Source: Octopus sinensis (Eukaryota). From it: a DNA stretch of 64,000 nt. The position numbers and the translations under genes are program-made. The DNA lies in NCBI RefSeq assembly GCF_006345805.1, contig NC_043006.1, positions 1,860,001 to 1,924,000 on the forward strand, written 5' to 3'. Position 1 is the stretch's first letter; every line of letters starts with the position of its first letter. The notes beneath the pieces are model-generated. The model did no database searches. It worked only from the letters and a program-made list of their open reading frames with translations, and was not told the DNA's origin. This document shows positions 50,390 through 62,300 of the stretch, piece after piece.

Positions 50390-50425
50390 TTTTAATGTTT
50401 CGAGCGGAGCTCTTCATCAGAAACA
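50390..50425 (-). ncRNA. Hammerhead motif with canonical CUGAUGA/GAAA in ~200-nt repeat (~50285-50495)
   Basis: Minus strand reads TGTTT-CTGATGA-A-GAGC-tcc-GCTC-GAAA-CAT-T-AAAA. Helix III ACGT has become ACAT by a CpG transition. Confidence 0.6.
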
Positions 50426-50529
50426 TAGGAAAAGGAAAGATCCAAGGAAGGGAAGACGGAGGAAAAAAATTGCCAATGATACACACGCGATCACATCTCT
50501 GAGCGGGATGCAAGCAGTAGCAATATGGA

Positions 50530-50763
50530 ATCATAACATATAATTGCCAACCAAGTGTGGTGTCCTATACAGGACAGAACTACTGATGTTTATAGCCCTA
50601 GGAAGGCATCTCTTCCAGCTGGCTAATGACACACATTCTGTGACTGCAGACACAGAATGTGTGTCGTTAACCAGCTGGAGGAGATTTCTTCTTGGGGCTA
50701 TAAACATCAGTAGCACTTTCCTGTATAGGAAACCACACTTGGCTGGCAATTATATGTTATGAT
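50530..50763. repeat. Imperfect inverted repeat, 113-bp arms, 8-nt loop (fold-back element)
   Basis: 50530-50642 vs 50651-50763: 12 substitutions and no indels by my alignment. It explains the mirrored ORFs 50531..50749(-) and 50544..50762(+). Confidence 0.92.
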
Positions 50764-51964
50764 GTATATATATATATAAAACTGGCAGAATTGTTAGCAC
50801 TCCATGCAAAATGTGTGCGGCATTTTGTCTGTCTTTACATTCTGAGTTCAAATTCCACCAAGGTCAACTTTGTTTTTGTACCTGGTGTAGCCTTTTGGCT
50901 TACCAGTTCTAGTCAAACCGTCCAATCTATGCCAGCATGGAAAGCAGACATTAAATGATGATAATGATGGTGTGTATGAGATCAACCAGACTATCGCATG
51001 TTATACATCGCTGGTCACAGTGCACTTTACTTGGTTTTTGGCTTCCAAATGATGCCACTCCATTGGCTAAGCAAACAAGTCAGTATTCCTCCTGATCGGA
51101 AGTTTAGTCTATCGCAGGGATACCTATTTACAGCTGAGTGGACTGGAGCGATGTAAAATGAAATGTTTTGCTCAAGAACACAATGCACTGCTTGGTCCAG
51201 GAACTGAACCCATTGTCTGGCGATCATGAATGCAACACACTAACCACTTGGCCACATATACATATGACATCACATAAATGTTGTAAATGAATGCCATTCA
51301 TTTCCAATATTCTGCAGAGACAAGGTTGGCCCTGGGTAAATATTACCTTTCTTGAAAACAAGGGTTGGTGACAGGAAGGGCATCCGGCTCTAGAAAATCT
51401 GCCCCAGCTACCTTTGTCCAACCCATGCAAGCATGGAAAAGTGGGTATTAGAATGATGATGATGTATGTCACGGTAAACTACCATCTTCATAGATGGTAC
51501 ACTTAATCTGTTGCTTAGTTTAGCATCACCACTTTGCACCTTGAGTAACAATATCCACTGTTGCAAGTATTTGGGCCCAAACTCCAGTTTGAGGATAACT
51601 TCCTCCCTGTCCTCCAGCAGTCCAGAGGCCCTGTAAAATAATCATAAACTCTTCCTTCCCTCTTGACTAAAAGATACAAAAAAGAAAGAAAGCCACTTGT
51701 CTAAGTACCATGTGCGGTGGCAGGGTAACCGAATGTAAGCACCTCTCAACTATCTTCAAACAATCAGGATTCTTCTTCTTCTTCTTTCAGGTGCAGACAG
51801 CTATCAAGCAATCCACCATCAACAGTGGGAAAGCTTCTTTTCTTTTCAGGCACAGATCTTAAGGACCTCTTGAAAGGGGATGACAAGGGGACACAATAGA
51901 TGTGGTACACTGTGCTGCAGATGTCTCAGCTAACTGAAAGCAGCATGGGGGGGTGGAAAAAAGG

Positions 51965-52858
51965 TTGCACTCCATCAGTTTATGACAACGAGGGTTCCAG
52001 TTGATCCGATCAATGGAACAGCCTGCTCGTGAAATTAACGTGCAAGTGGCTGAGCATTCCACAGACATGCAAATCCCTGACGTAGTTCTTAGGGAGATTC
52101 AACATCCCACAAGACATAGCAAGGTTGACCCTTTGAATTGCAGGTACAACTCATTATTACCAGCTGAGTGGACTGGGGCAGTGTGAAATATTGGGTTGTC
52201 CGGAAAGTTTGTGCCGATGTATAGTAGCTTAACTTTCGACTTATTTTAGAACATGGTTGAGTCCATAAAATAGGATTTGACTACACCTCCATTTAGAGCA
52301 CAGTTTAAGATTTCTTTTCATGGAAGAAGGTTTATGTTCCTATAACCTGTGTTAATTCTGTAACCCTTTAAAATGGAAGATAAGAAAGTTCATTTTCGTT
52401 ACTTGATGCTTTGGGGATCTGACAAAAATTGCTGCAGCTTGGCTGGTATGTCTTACCCCACCCTCCATATTCACCAGATATTCCTCCTTTGGATTTCCAC
52501 TTATTTAGGTCTCTGCAGAAAAGTCTTAATGGTAAAAATTTCAATTCCTTGGATGACGTAAAAAGATACCTTGATGAATTCCTTGCCATGAAACCACCTC
52601 AGTTCTGGGAAAAGGGTATTTTCAAGGTAAAGGAAAGATGGAGACACATTGTGCAACAAAATGGTTCATATTTGGTTGATTAAAAATGTAATGGCAGGTA
52701 TTTATTGACCTTTTTCTTTCCTTTAATAATCGGCAAGAACTTTCCCGGCAACCCAATAAATTGTCTTGCTTATGGACGCAACCTTCTGCCGAGTATCACA
52801 CTCACAATCTTATGATCCCGAGCCGAATACCCTAACCACTAAACCACGTGCCTTCACC
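51965..52858 (-). mobile_element. Third tRNA-derived SINE family (D), interrupted by a mariner derivative
   Basis: The head (gtggtttagtggttagggtattcggctc) lies at ~52800-52858 and the body at 51965-52190. Other copies or parts are near 1925-2050, 24820-24960, 51025-51250 and 62480-62780. Confidence 0.7.
52191..52756 (+). mobile_element. Internally deleted mariner (566 bp) with both TIRs
   Basis: TA|TTGGGTTGTCCGGAAAGTT ... AACTTTCCCGGCAACCCAA|TA. The N-terminus MEDKKVHFRYLML is joined to the C-terminus LPHPPYSPDIPPLDFHLFRSL...ERWRHIVQQNGSY. Confidence 0.9.
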
Positions 52859-53457
52859 ATGACATAATGACGATATATAAACATAATAGATATTGGGGTG
52901 GATTCTATGTGAAAGTTTACATTGTCTTCATATGAAACAGTTTGGGCAGAAGGTAAACTGGTGACATGTTGACACATCCTGTTAAAAAAAAAAAAGTCAT
53001 CTTGCAACTTTGAAGATAACTGGAATGAAATGTCCCTTATTTGAAAATGGTCTGGAACCGGAAGGGCATTTAGCTGCAAAATAATGTTTCAAGAAGTATT
53101 CAACCAATCCATGGGAAAAACATGTTAAACAATTATATCTAAATATTCGTAGATTCAGGCGTGGCTTATAAGTGGAGGCATGGGTGTGCCATTGAGAAGT
53201 TTACTTCCCAACCACTGAGTTTTGGATTTAGTTCTACAGCATGGCACCTTGGGCAAATGTCTTCCAGTATTGCCCTGGGTCAATTGAAGCCTTGTGGGTA
53301 GATTTGCTTAATTAAAACTGAAAGAAGCTTGTATGAAGCACCCAGCAGTAGGAACCATGCTAAAGCAGACACGAGTATGATGTAGTCCTTAAACACATCA
53401 CATCCTGTCAAACTGTCCAACCCATGACGTCATGGATGCTAAATGCTGATGATGGTG

Positions 53458-53489
<32 letters not shown>

Positions 53490-53609
53490 TTGCAGCTAAG
53501 CCTGGTTTCCCCTGGTTTGGATGATGTGGCTGAAAACCTGCTCTGTGTAAGCATTCGACATGTTTGGGCATGCTTACATTAAAAAACAATTTTAGAATGA
53601 CTTTTTTCT

Positions 53610-53980
53610 GTCATCATCATCATCATCGTTTAACGTCCGCTTTCCATGCTAGCATGGGTTGGACGGTTCAACTGGGGTCTGGGAAGCCCGAAGGCTGCAC
53701 CAGGCCAGTCAGATCTGGCAGTGTTTCTACAGCTGGATGCCCTTCCTAACGCCAACCACTCCGTGAGTGTAGTGGGTGCTTTGTATGTGCCACCGACACA
53801 GGTGCCAGACGAGGCTGGCAAACGTCCACGCTCGGATGGTGTTTTTTTATGTGCCACAGACACAGGTGCCAGACGAGGTTGGCGACGGCCACGCTTGGAT
53901 GGTGTTTTTTACGTGCCACCGGCACGGAGGCCAAGCGAGGCTGGCACGGCCACAATCGGATGGTGTTTGTTACGTCAAAA
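53610..53980 (-). mobile_element. RTE 3' UTR fragment with ~60-bp sub-repeats
   Basis: Terminal motif plus repeated ggatggtgtttttta(c/t)gtgccac units. Confidence 0.8.
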
Positions 53981-55835
53981 CACTAAAAGTAACTGACCAA
54001 CAAAAAAAAAACAACCAAGATTCAACCAAATCAAAAAATAAACCCAAATACTAAGCGAACAAAGATGAACCATCTCACTTCCATTCGCGTGCACATACAC
54101 ATACACACACACACACATTCACATACCCCACCTTTTACATACACATATATTCACACAGAGCTGAAATGCTGTTTGATTTATTTTTTCCAGCATACAATTT
54201 TCATCATCCCACTACCAAGTATGACATCACCCCTTCCTTTCTCATTCATAAACACAAGAGTATTATTATAGTAGATTATCTCGGTAACCATGGGCACTAT
54301 GAAAAAATACAAGCTCAGCATCACCACCGGATCATTCTACACATCTGTGTAATTTTTTGTGCAATTCCGAGCTGTTTGACCGTGAATCCCAAGACAAGAA
54401 AGAATTGCCCATGTCAAATTTATATGTATAGATATATAATACAAATAAGAAAATGGAGAAACTAGTTTGTTCATCAACTTTCAGATATTAGAATTTTCTT
54501 ATTTGTATTATAAATTTACGGTAAAAATATTTCTTTACCTTCACCCGTTTAATACAATAAGTGAGTTAATTGCATTGCAATTAAAAACATTTATGTATTA
54601 AGAATCTGGGTACTTTGCCAACAGTATATTGGATAAATATTATCGCATTGTGGGTTACACCCATAACCCCTATCTTACTTTGTATATATATGTCCTTTAA
54701 TTGGAATACAAATAAAAAAAGTTTTGGGACTTCCAACTCGCGAACATCCTACATATAATTGCCCATGAGAGAAGAAAAGGGTTGTATAGGGGGATGGGGC
54801 TACAGTCCCCTATGGGCAAGTACCAAAATTTGACCGCCTAGAACCTTTCCTGAGTAATGAAAAACCTTCATGCAAAATTTGGTATTTATTCTAGAGTTAT
54901 GGAAAATGAAAGAATAAAACCACTGGGAAAAAAACCCTAAAATATTCTCCGAATAATGAAACACCTTCATGCCAAATTTGGTACAGATTGATCCAGTGGT
55001 TTGGCCGTGAATAGAGGAAACCCATACACACACATGGTGAATGTTGTAGATACTGTACTTAGTAGGTAGAAAAACTACTCTAACAATGGATAATTTAATG
55101 TTGGTCCCTCATTTCAACTGTTCATGGGATGGAAATGGTTAAGAATGAGTGGGGGGGGGGTACACATAAATATGCATTTGTTCTTGACAGAACAATAGGC
55201 CATATGGCTAAGGTGGAAATGTAGAGTCGGTTTCGAATCTGAGCTAAGACTAATATCCAAGTAGAGATGGTCACATCAGATTCTGATATGAAATCTCAAG
55301 TGTCCCCTGGCTGATTTTATTAGGTCCATTCCACGAACAATCATTTGAATAACTCATGTCAATATCTCTAACTTATGTCACAGGAATATTGAACTTTAAA
55401 ATTTATAAAGTTTATTGTATGAATTGAAATATATCCTACAGTGTATATTGCGTAGAAAAAATTAAGTGTTTTGAGTGTTGGTACAGGAATTATAGATTTT
55501 GTAAAAGTTCAAACAGAAAGAAAGAGGGAAGAGGAAATACAGTATTGGGGCAGTTTGCAGATGTGGCCTGTTGAAATTAAGGTAGTGTTGAATGTAAATC
55601 ACTCAACTGGAAATTGTTTCCTAATTGAGGACTTGCACAAAGCTGGCGGGCGAAAGGGCTTTTCTATGTTTACATCTGGAAGTGAAGTGTAAGGTAGTCA
55701 GACGTCATCATCATCATCATCGTTTACGTCCGCTTTCCATGCTGGCATGGGTTGGACGGTTCAACTGGGGTCTGGGAAGCCAGAAGGCTGCACCAGGCCC
55801 AGTCTGATCTGGCAGTGTTTCTACGGCTGGATGTC

Positions 55836-56196
55836 GCGGGAGTCATAAAAGTGAAACTATAGTCTTATGAAAAGTGAAAGAATAAAAGTGAAACTATTAT
55901 ACTGCTGCAAAAAAGAAAATTGGAAGGGTCATATAGTGGGAGGGGGGCTACAGCCCCCTATATGGGTAAGGGCCAAAATTTAACATCCCTACAACCTTAC
56001 TCAAGTAATGAAAAACCTTCATGCCAAATTTGGTATTATACTGCAGAAAAAAGAATCGGAAGGGTCATAGAGAGATGGGGTAAGCCCTTGCCAGAACCTT
56101 CCCTAAGTAATGAAAACCCACCATGCCAAATTTGGTACAGATTGATCCAGCAGTTTGGCTGTGAATAGAGGAAACACACACACACAGAATTTTATA
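55836..56196 (+). mobile_element. Helitron-like non-autonomous repeat (second copy ~54770-55035), tentative class
   Basis: Shared catgccaaatttggtacagattgatccag...gtgaatagaggaaac(ac)n end and an internal ~100-bp duplication. Confidence 0.4.
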
Positions 56197-56198
56197 CA

Positions 56199-56757
56199 CA
56201 GGGTATTCAGAAATAATGAATAGATTTCATTATGCAATATTTTAATAAGGAAAAGCAATAAAAAACTCCAACTGAGTCACAAGTATTTACTCACAATCAA
56301 CTTTTATTTCCTGTCTTAGAAGTGTTCAATGTGGCCACCACTTGCAGTATGGGCAACATCAATGCGAAAAGAGGATTCCTCCCAGATGCGTGTTAGCATA
56401 TCATGATCCACTGGCTTGTGAGGTCCCAAGATCTCACCATGTGTGATTTTTGCTTGTAAAAGTTTTTCATGTAAAAGATCGTGTTTACGTTCCACCGCTA
56501 CCCGCTAACCTCTGTGAACTTAAACATCAAATAACAACAGCGATCAACTCAGTGGATCGTGATATGCGTGTGGCAGGGATCCTCTTATCACATTGATGTT
56601 GGCCGTGCTGCAGGTGGTGGCCACATTGAACACTCATAAGACAGGAAATAAAAGTTGATTGGGAGTAAATACTTGCGACTCGGCTGGAGTTTTCATTTGC
56701 TTTTCCTTATTAAAATATTGTGCAATGAAATTGGTTCATTCTCTTTGAATAACCCTG
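56199..56757. mobile_element. Fold-back mariner/Tc1-type MITE made of two transposon 3' ends
   Basis: CAGGG(T)TATTCA termini next to TA and ~200-bp imperfect inverted arms. The centre and right arm encode RSQDLTMCDF...KDRVYVPPLPANLCELKHQITTAINSVDRDM...IDVGRAAGGGHIEH*. Confidence 0.8.
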
Positions 56758-59029
56758 TATATAGATGTGTGTGAATGTTTGGGTTTCATCACCATCACCA
56801 TCATCATCTAACACCTGTCCTCTATGCTGGCCCTTCCTAACGCCCACCACTCTGCAGAGTGGACTAAGTGTTTTTTGCATGGCACAAGCGCAGGCAAGGT
56901 CAGTTTTGGCAAGGTTTTTACAACTGGACGCCCTTCCAGATGCCAACCACTTTGCAGTCTGGACTGGATGCTTTTTAACAGGCACCGGCACCGGCAGGGT
57001 CACCAAATAACCTGCAAGAACAAGGAATTTTGAGAGGGACAGGGGTCATTGGCCAATTGTATGTGAGTGTCACTGTCATACAAGTGAATTATTCATTTCC
57101 AATATTTTGCAAAATCATATCTGACTATTGGAAAATATTACCTTGCTTGGAAACAGGTAAAGATTGGCAACAGGAAGGAAGTCTAGTTGTAGAAAATCTG
57201 CCTCAAAAACTGCATCTGATCCATGGGATCATGAAAAAGAGGATTTAAAATGATGATGATGATGATGATGATACATATGAATAATGAATTGCCAGAAATG
57301 TGATGTGGTATTTAGTTGCATCCATTTACATTTCTAGTTCAAGCCCTTTGAGAATTCCTTTTCCCTTGACCCCTTAGCATTTAAACCAGCCAGAATTGGC
57401 CTTTCACATCTACCCTACAATGTCATTCTAAAAATAATGATCCCATCATCAAAATTTCAAAGCTGCAAGATAATGCATGGTATATTCAAAACAATGTGAT
57501 AAATAAGCATTACATTTAACAGAGTAATGTGAATGCTAAACGGTTAAATGTTTCCAAGTTTAATAAACTAAATACCAACAATTATACTGAGAGTGATTAA
57601 ATCAACTGTAACTTCTCCTCCAAAGACCTGTTGTTTTTCTGTTGTTGTTGTTGTTGTAAAACTGCATTTAGCATTGAAATAAGAGTCAGTGTCGCTTTCA
57701 ATGCATAACACCCATTGTTAAATTCACTTTTATTTTATTAGTGTTTTGTAAAATAAATGGCAGAATTAATAGAGCACTGGATTTAATGTTTTTTACAATA
57801 TTTAGCTATGTTTATTTATATATTTTTGCATTCTGAGTTCAAATTCCACAAAGGTCAACATTGCTTTTCATCTTTCTAGGGTTTGATAAAATAAAGTACT
57901 CGTCAGTTAGTTGGTGTATGTGTGTGTGAGGGGAGGGTACTCAAATTAACCGTACCCTCCCTAAAATGTGGACCCTTGTTAGAAATAATTCATCATTTAG
58001 CGTCCGTTCTCCATGCTAGCATGGGTTGGACGGTTCAACTGGAAACTGTGAAGCTGGAAGGCTTCATCAGGCCCAGTCAGATCTGGCAGTGTTTCTACGG
58101 CTGGATGCCCTTCCTAACGCCAACCACTCCGTGAGTGTAGTGGGTGCTTTTTACGTGCCACCTGCACAATTATTATGTAATTATATATATATATATGTGT
58201 GTATGTGTGTGTATATGTTTGTGTGTCTGTGTTTGTCCCCCCAACATCACTTGACAACTGATGGTGGTGTGTTTACATCCCCGTAACTTAACGGTTCAGC
58301 AAAAGAGACTGATAGAATAAGTACTAGGGTTACAAAGAATAATTACTGGGGTCAATTTGCTCGACTAAAGGCGGGGCTCCAGCATGGCCACAGTCAACTG
58401 ACTGAAACAAGTAAAAGAGTAATATATCCATTTAATGATATATAAATTATATAATAATGTATCTTATGTAGATGTTACTATCATTTATTGGTAAGCACAA
58501 ATGTGTTGCAGTTGGGATCAAAAAATACCAGGGATCAAATTTAGTTTCCTCAGATATCAAGGACCTTTTCAACAATCATTACTGTCGTTAACAGAACAAA
58601 TTTCTGTATTAATGCAATTTTCATAATGTCTGGTGAACCATGCACCAGGCTTCAACCTTGATCTGGCAGAGTTTCTACACTCTCGGAGTGGTTGGCGTTA
58701 GGAAGGGCATCCAGCTGTAGAAACTCTGCCAGATCAGATTGGAGCCTAGTGCAGCCATCTGGTTCGCTATCCCTCAGTCAAATCGTCCAACCCATGCTAG
58801 CATGGAAAGCGGATGTTAAACAATGATGATGATGATCTCTTTAAGGAAACTACCAGGTCTGTTGGTAACAGTATACCTAGAGCACCTATAACTACTGGAA
58901 TTCCTTTTTTCAGAAACCTTCTGCAGTTTTCCCATTTCCCTTGCTAAGTCTTGGTATTTTCCTTGTTTTTACCATTATTTAGCTACTATATTCAGTTCAG
59001 CAAACATGGCAACATTATTGTTTTTATCA

Positions 59030-60560
59030 AGGTAAGACGGCAGAGTCATTAGCCCACCAGACAAAATGCTTAGCAGCATTTCTTCCAGCTCTTTACATTT
59101 TGAGTTCAAATTCCACTGAGGTTGACCTTCATCCTTTCAGAATTGATAAAATAAGAACCAATTGAGCATTGGAATTGATGTACTCAATTAGCAAATCATT
59201 CCTAAATTTTGTCCCTTGTACCTGTAGCAGAAAGAATTAAAGGTGGAAAACTGGCAGAACAAAATGCTTTGTGGCATTTCATCCATCTTTATGCTCTGAA
59301 TTCAAATGTCACTAAGGTCAACTTTGCCTTTCATCCTTTCGTGGTTGAGTCCTGGAGATGATATAATCAACCAGCTCCCCCCCCCCAAAAAAAAAAATTT
59401 CAGGCCTTGTGCCTATAGTAGAAAGATTAATGGCAGCAAGCTGGCAGAATCATTAGCATGTCAGACAAAATGCTTGGCATATTTCGTCCATCTTTATGTT
59501 CTGAGTTCAAATGTCATCAAGGCTGACTTTGCCTTTCATCCTATCATGGTTGATGAAATAATTACCAGTTAAGCACTGGAACTGATATAACCAACAAGCC
59601 CTGCTCCTCCCAAAAGACTTCAGGTTTTATTCCTATTGTAGAAAGGGTTATTATTATTGTTATTGAGGTCAGAGGATTGGTGGAATTGTTTGAGCATCAA
59701 AGAAAGCACCTGGTGGTATTTGGTTTTTCATGTTCTTTGTTCAAATCCCAGTGGAGTCAGTTCTGTGTTTCATCCCCCCAGTGTTAATAAAACAAAGTAT
59801 CGATCAATTATAGGGGTTGATATAATTATCACCTCTTCTTCAAAAGTTCAGGTCCTGTATCTCTGTGAGAAGCGATTATTATTATTTATTTTATTAAGGA
59901 ATCAAGGCTGGGAAAATTATTCGAGTTGTGAAAAAAATATCTTGCAACATTTATTCCAGTCCCCTACATTCTGAACTCAAATTTGCCAAAGTCATTTTTT
60001 TTACTTTTCATCCCTCCAGGGGATCAATAAAAAAAGTACAAGTCAAGTACTGGGGGTCAGTGTAATTGGCTAAGTACTGGGGGTCAGTGTAATTGGCTAA
60101 ATCCCTCCTTTCAGAATTTCTAGTCTTCTGCCTAAATGAGGAACCATTAAAGTGGGGTGAGCAGGCAGAATTGTTAGAGTGTTTGTTCTGACTCTTCAAG
60201 TTCTGAGTTCAAATCCTGCCAAAATCAGTTTTGTCTTTCATCCTTTTGGGATTGATAAAATTGATATCTGTTGAGCTCTGGGGTTAATGTAATTCACTTG
60301 CACCTTCTCCAAAATTTCTGGTCTTGTACCAAAATTAGAAAGAATTATTATTATTATTATTTCTTCAAACTGTTGTTTATTGTCATTGTTGAGTTCAGGG
60401 GATTGTCAGAATTGTTAGAGCATCAAACACAATGGGGCTGACTTTGCCTTTCATCCCTTAAGCATCAATAAAGTACCATTCAAGTACTGGGTTTGACAGT
60501 ATCAACTACAACCCCCTTTTTCAAAATTGCTGGCCTTGTACCTAAATCAGAAATCATCAT
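59030..60560 (+). repeat. Array of ~7 co-oriented, diverged SINE B copies
   Basis: Period ~200-250 bp. It includes a 27-bp tandem duplication at 60045-60098. Confidence 0.75.
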
Positions 60561-60639
60561 TATTGTTGTTGTTGTTGTTATTATTATATGTAGTGGTTGT
60601 GGTGGTGGCAGTGGTAGTAGTAGTAGTAATATACAAAAG

Positions 60640-62300
60640 CTGCTGCATGCTAATTTAATTAGCAGGGATGTAATCTTGAGGTTTGATGAAGACACGTCTC
60701 TTCAAATCTCAAAAGTATTTCTTAAGATTCTTACAAAATACAGAGTAGCACTTTAAGACAGGCCTATAAAACATGTCTGAAATCCAGTGGCCTTCAACCT
60801 CTCAGGTAGCAGTTTGGCTGTTATGTTGAATGCACCAGTTACCATAGCAACAGTTTTCAGTCTCATATTCTACAATCTCAGGTTATGTCCTGAAATTTCT
60901 GAGTTTTATCAATAACCTCGATATCCACTTTACTATCATGTGATACTGAAAATTTATGATCTTACACTTTGGTTTTTCTGTTGAGTATAATCATATCTGG
61001 TCTCCTTGCTTCAATAGTATGCTTAGTCTCCAAGGGGAAATCCCATAAAATCTTTTAATTATCATTTACTATCAAAGTCTCTAGCATGCATTCATACTAC
61101 TTTTATGGTCACTTCTTATCCACAAAGTTTGCTAACACTTTTAACACTTTTAAATGCTTGCATTTATACTCTTTTTGCACTAGCATACTACACTCACTTG
61201 GGAATGGCTAATACTTTTCTCCCCTTTTCCACTCATTCAGCGTTTGCTCTCTGACTGAGTTTTATCATCTTTGCTTTTATCAAATTCATTCTAATCACTA
61301 GCTTCTGAAAGGCTATTATCAATGATTCAGTTTCTCATTTCAGGTTTCCATCTATCAGCCACAAGCAGCATTCTTCACTTCCAACATAGTCTGTTGCATA
61401 AACTGACCATGCAATTCTTTCTCTTTCCAACTTTTTGTTCTATTATTCTTCCTTCTGTTCTTGCATTCACTTATTGTTTCAGTGACTACTTCAATATTTC
61501 TGGCCACAGATAACATTCTTTCTTCGCTATATACAACATAGTTTATCACAGCAATAATAATCTTCTGCATTTAACAAACTCCTACCTCCTCCTCTTCTTG
61601 GTAAGCTTATAAACATGCACTGGGAGCAGCTTCCTAGTTCTTCTGCCCAATTCCTGTAGCTCTGTCTTTGCCTGTTTTTAAAACACACACAGACATGACT
61701 CACACTTTTATTGCCTCGATGACATCCCTTTCTGTTAGTTTTGTATCAAGCACCTTCCTTGTCTTGCTAAATATTCTTATTGTTTATACAAGAGAATCCA
61801 AGTCTTTTCCATTTTTCCTGCAAATGTAACAAATTGTTTATTTCCACCCTCATTTCAGCAAGCTCACAGATAGGCCTGGATTTTCTAAGTATGCTTGTTG
61901 GATGAGTTAATGCAATCACAAAAAGTAATGCTGAGGGAGAGGGTGAGCTTCCCTGAAACGTCCACATTTCCACTTCTGTACTTCACTGTTGTTGTTTTTG
62001 AGCCTCATTACTTAAATGTGCATTCACCTAGAAAATGGACCTTAACACAGCTGACCTGTCTGATTTGGATGAAACCAATCTCTCCCATGCAGCAGAGTGA
62101 TTCTACGTCATGGCCAGGTACCATGTTTGACCAACAGCCAACAGCTGTTCCTAGTCAAAGATGGCAGCACATACATGACTTTGTATATTTACTTTTTGTG
62201 GCAAGAATAACATTTCTTTTTTTCTGGTCATTAATGATGCCATCTCTGACACTCGTTGGCCAATGGCTGGTCATTAGAAAAGGTAAATGACGAGGCAATA
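60640..62300 (-). mobile_element. Decayed R4/Dong-like non-LTR retrotransposon (RT plus RLE endonuclease)
   Basis: Minus strand across frames: TFQGSSPSPSALLFVIAL (GIFQGDSLSPLLF-like), WKEKELHGQF, WLIDGNLK*ETESLII, SECSMLVQKEYK and KILWDF...EARRPDMII (RLE PD motif). Confidence 0.7.

Noticed and set aside
51791-51899. Strong acceptor with a 35-codon open frame in the phase of the SMC6 last intron (possible alternative last exon)
   Set aside because: The peptide has no SMC6 similarity, an open frame of this length is plausible by chance, and it lies past the poly(A) signal. Junction reads would be needed.
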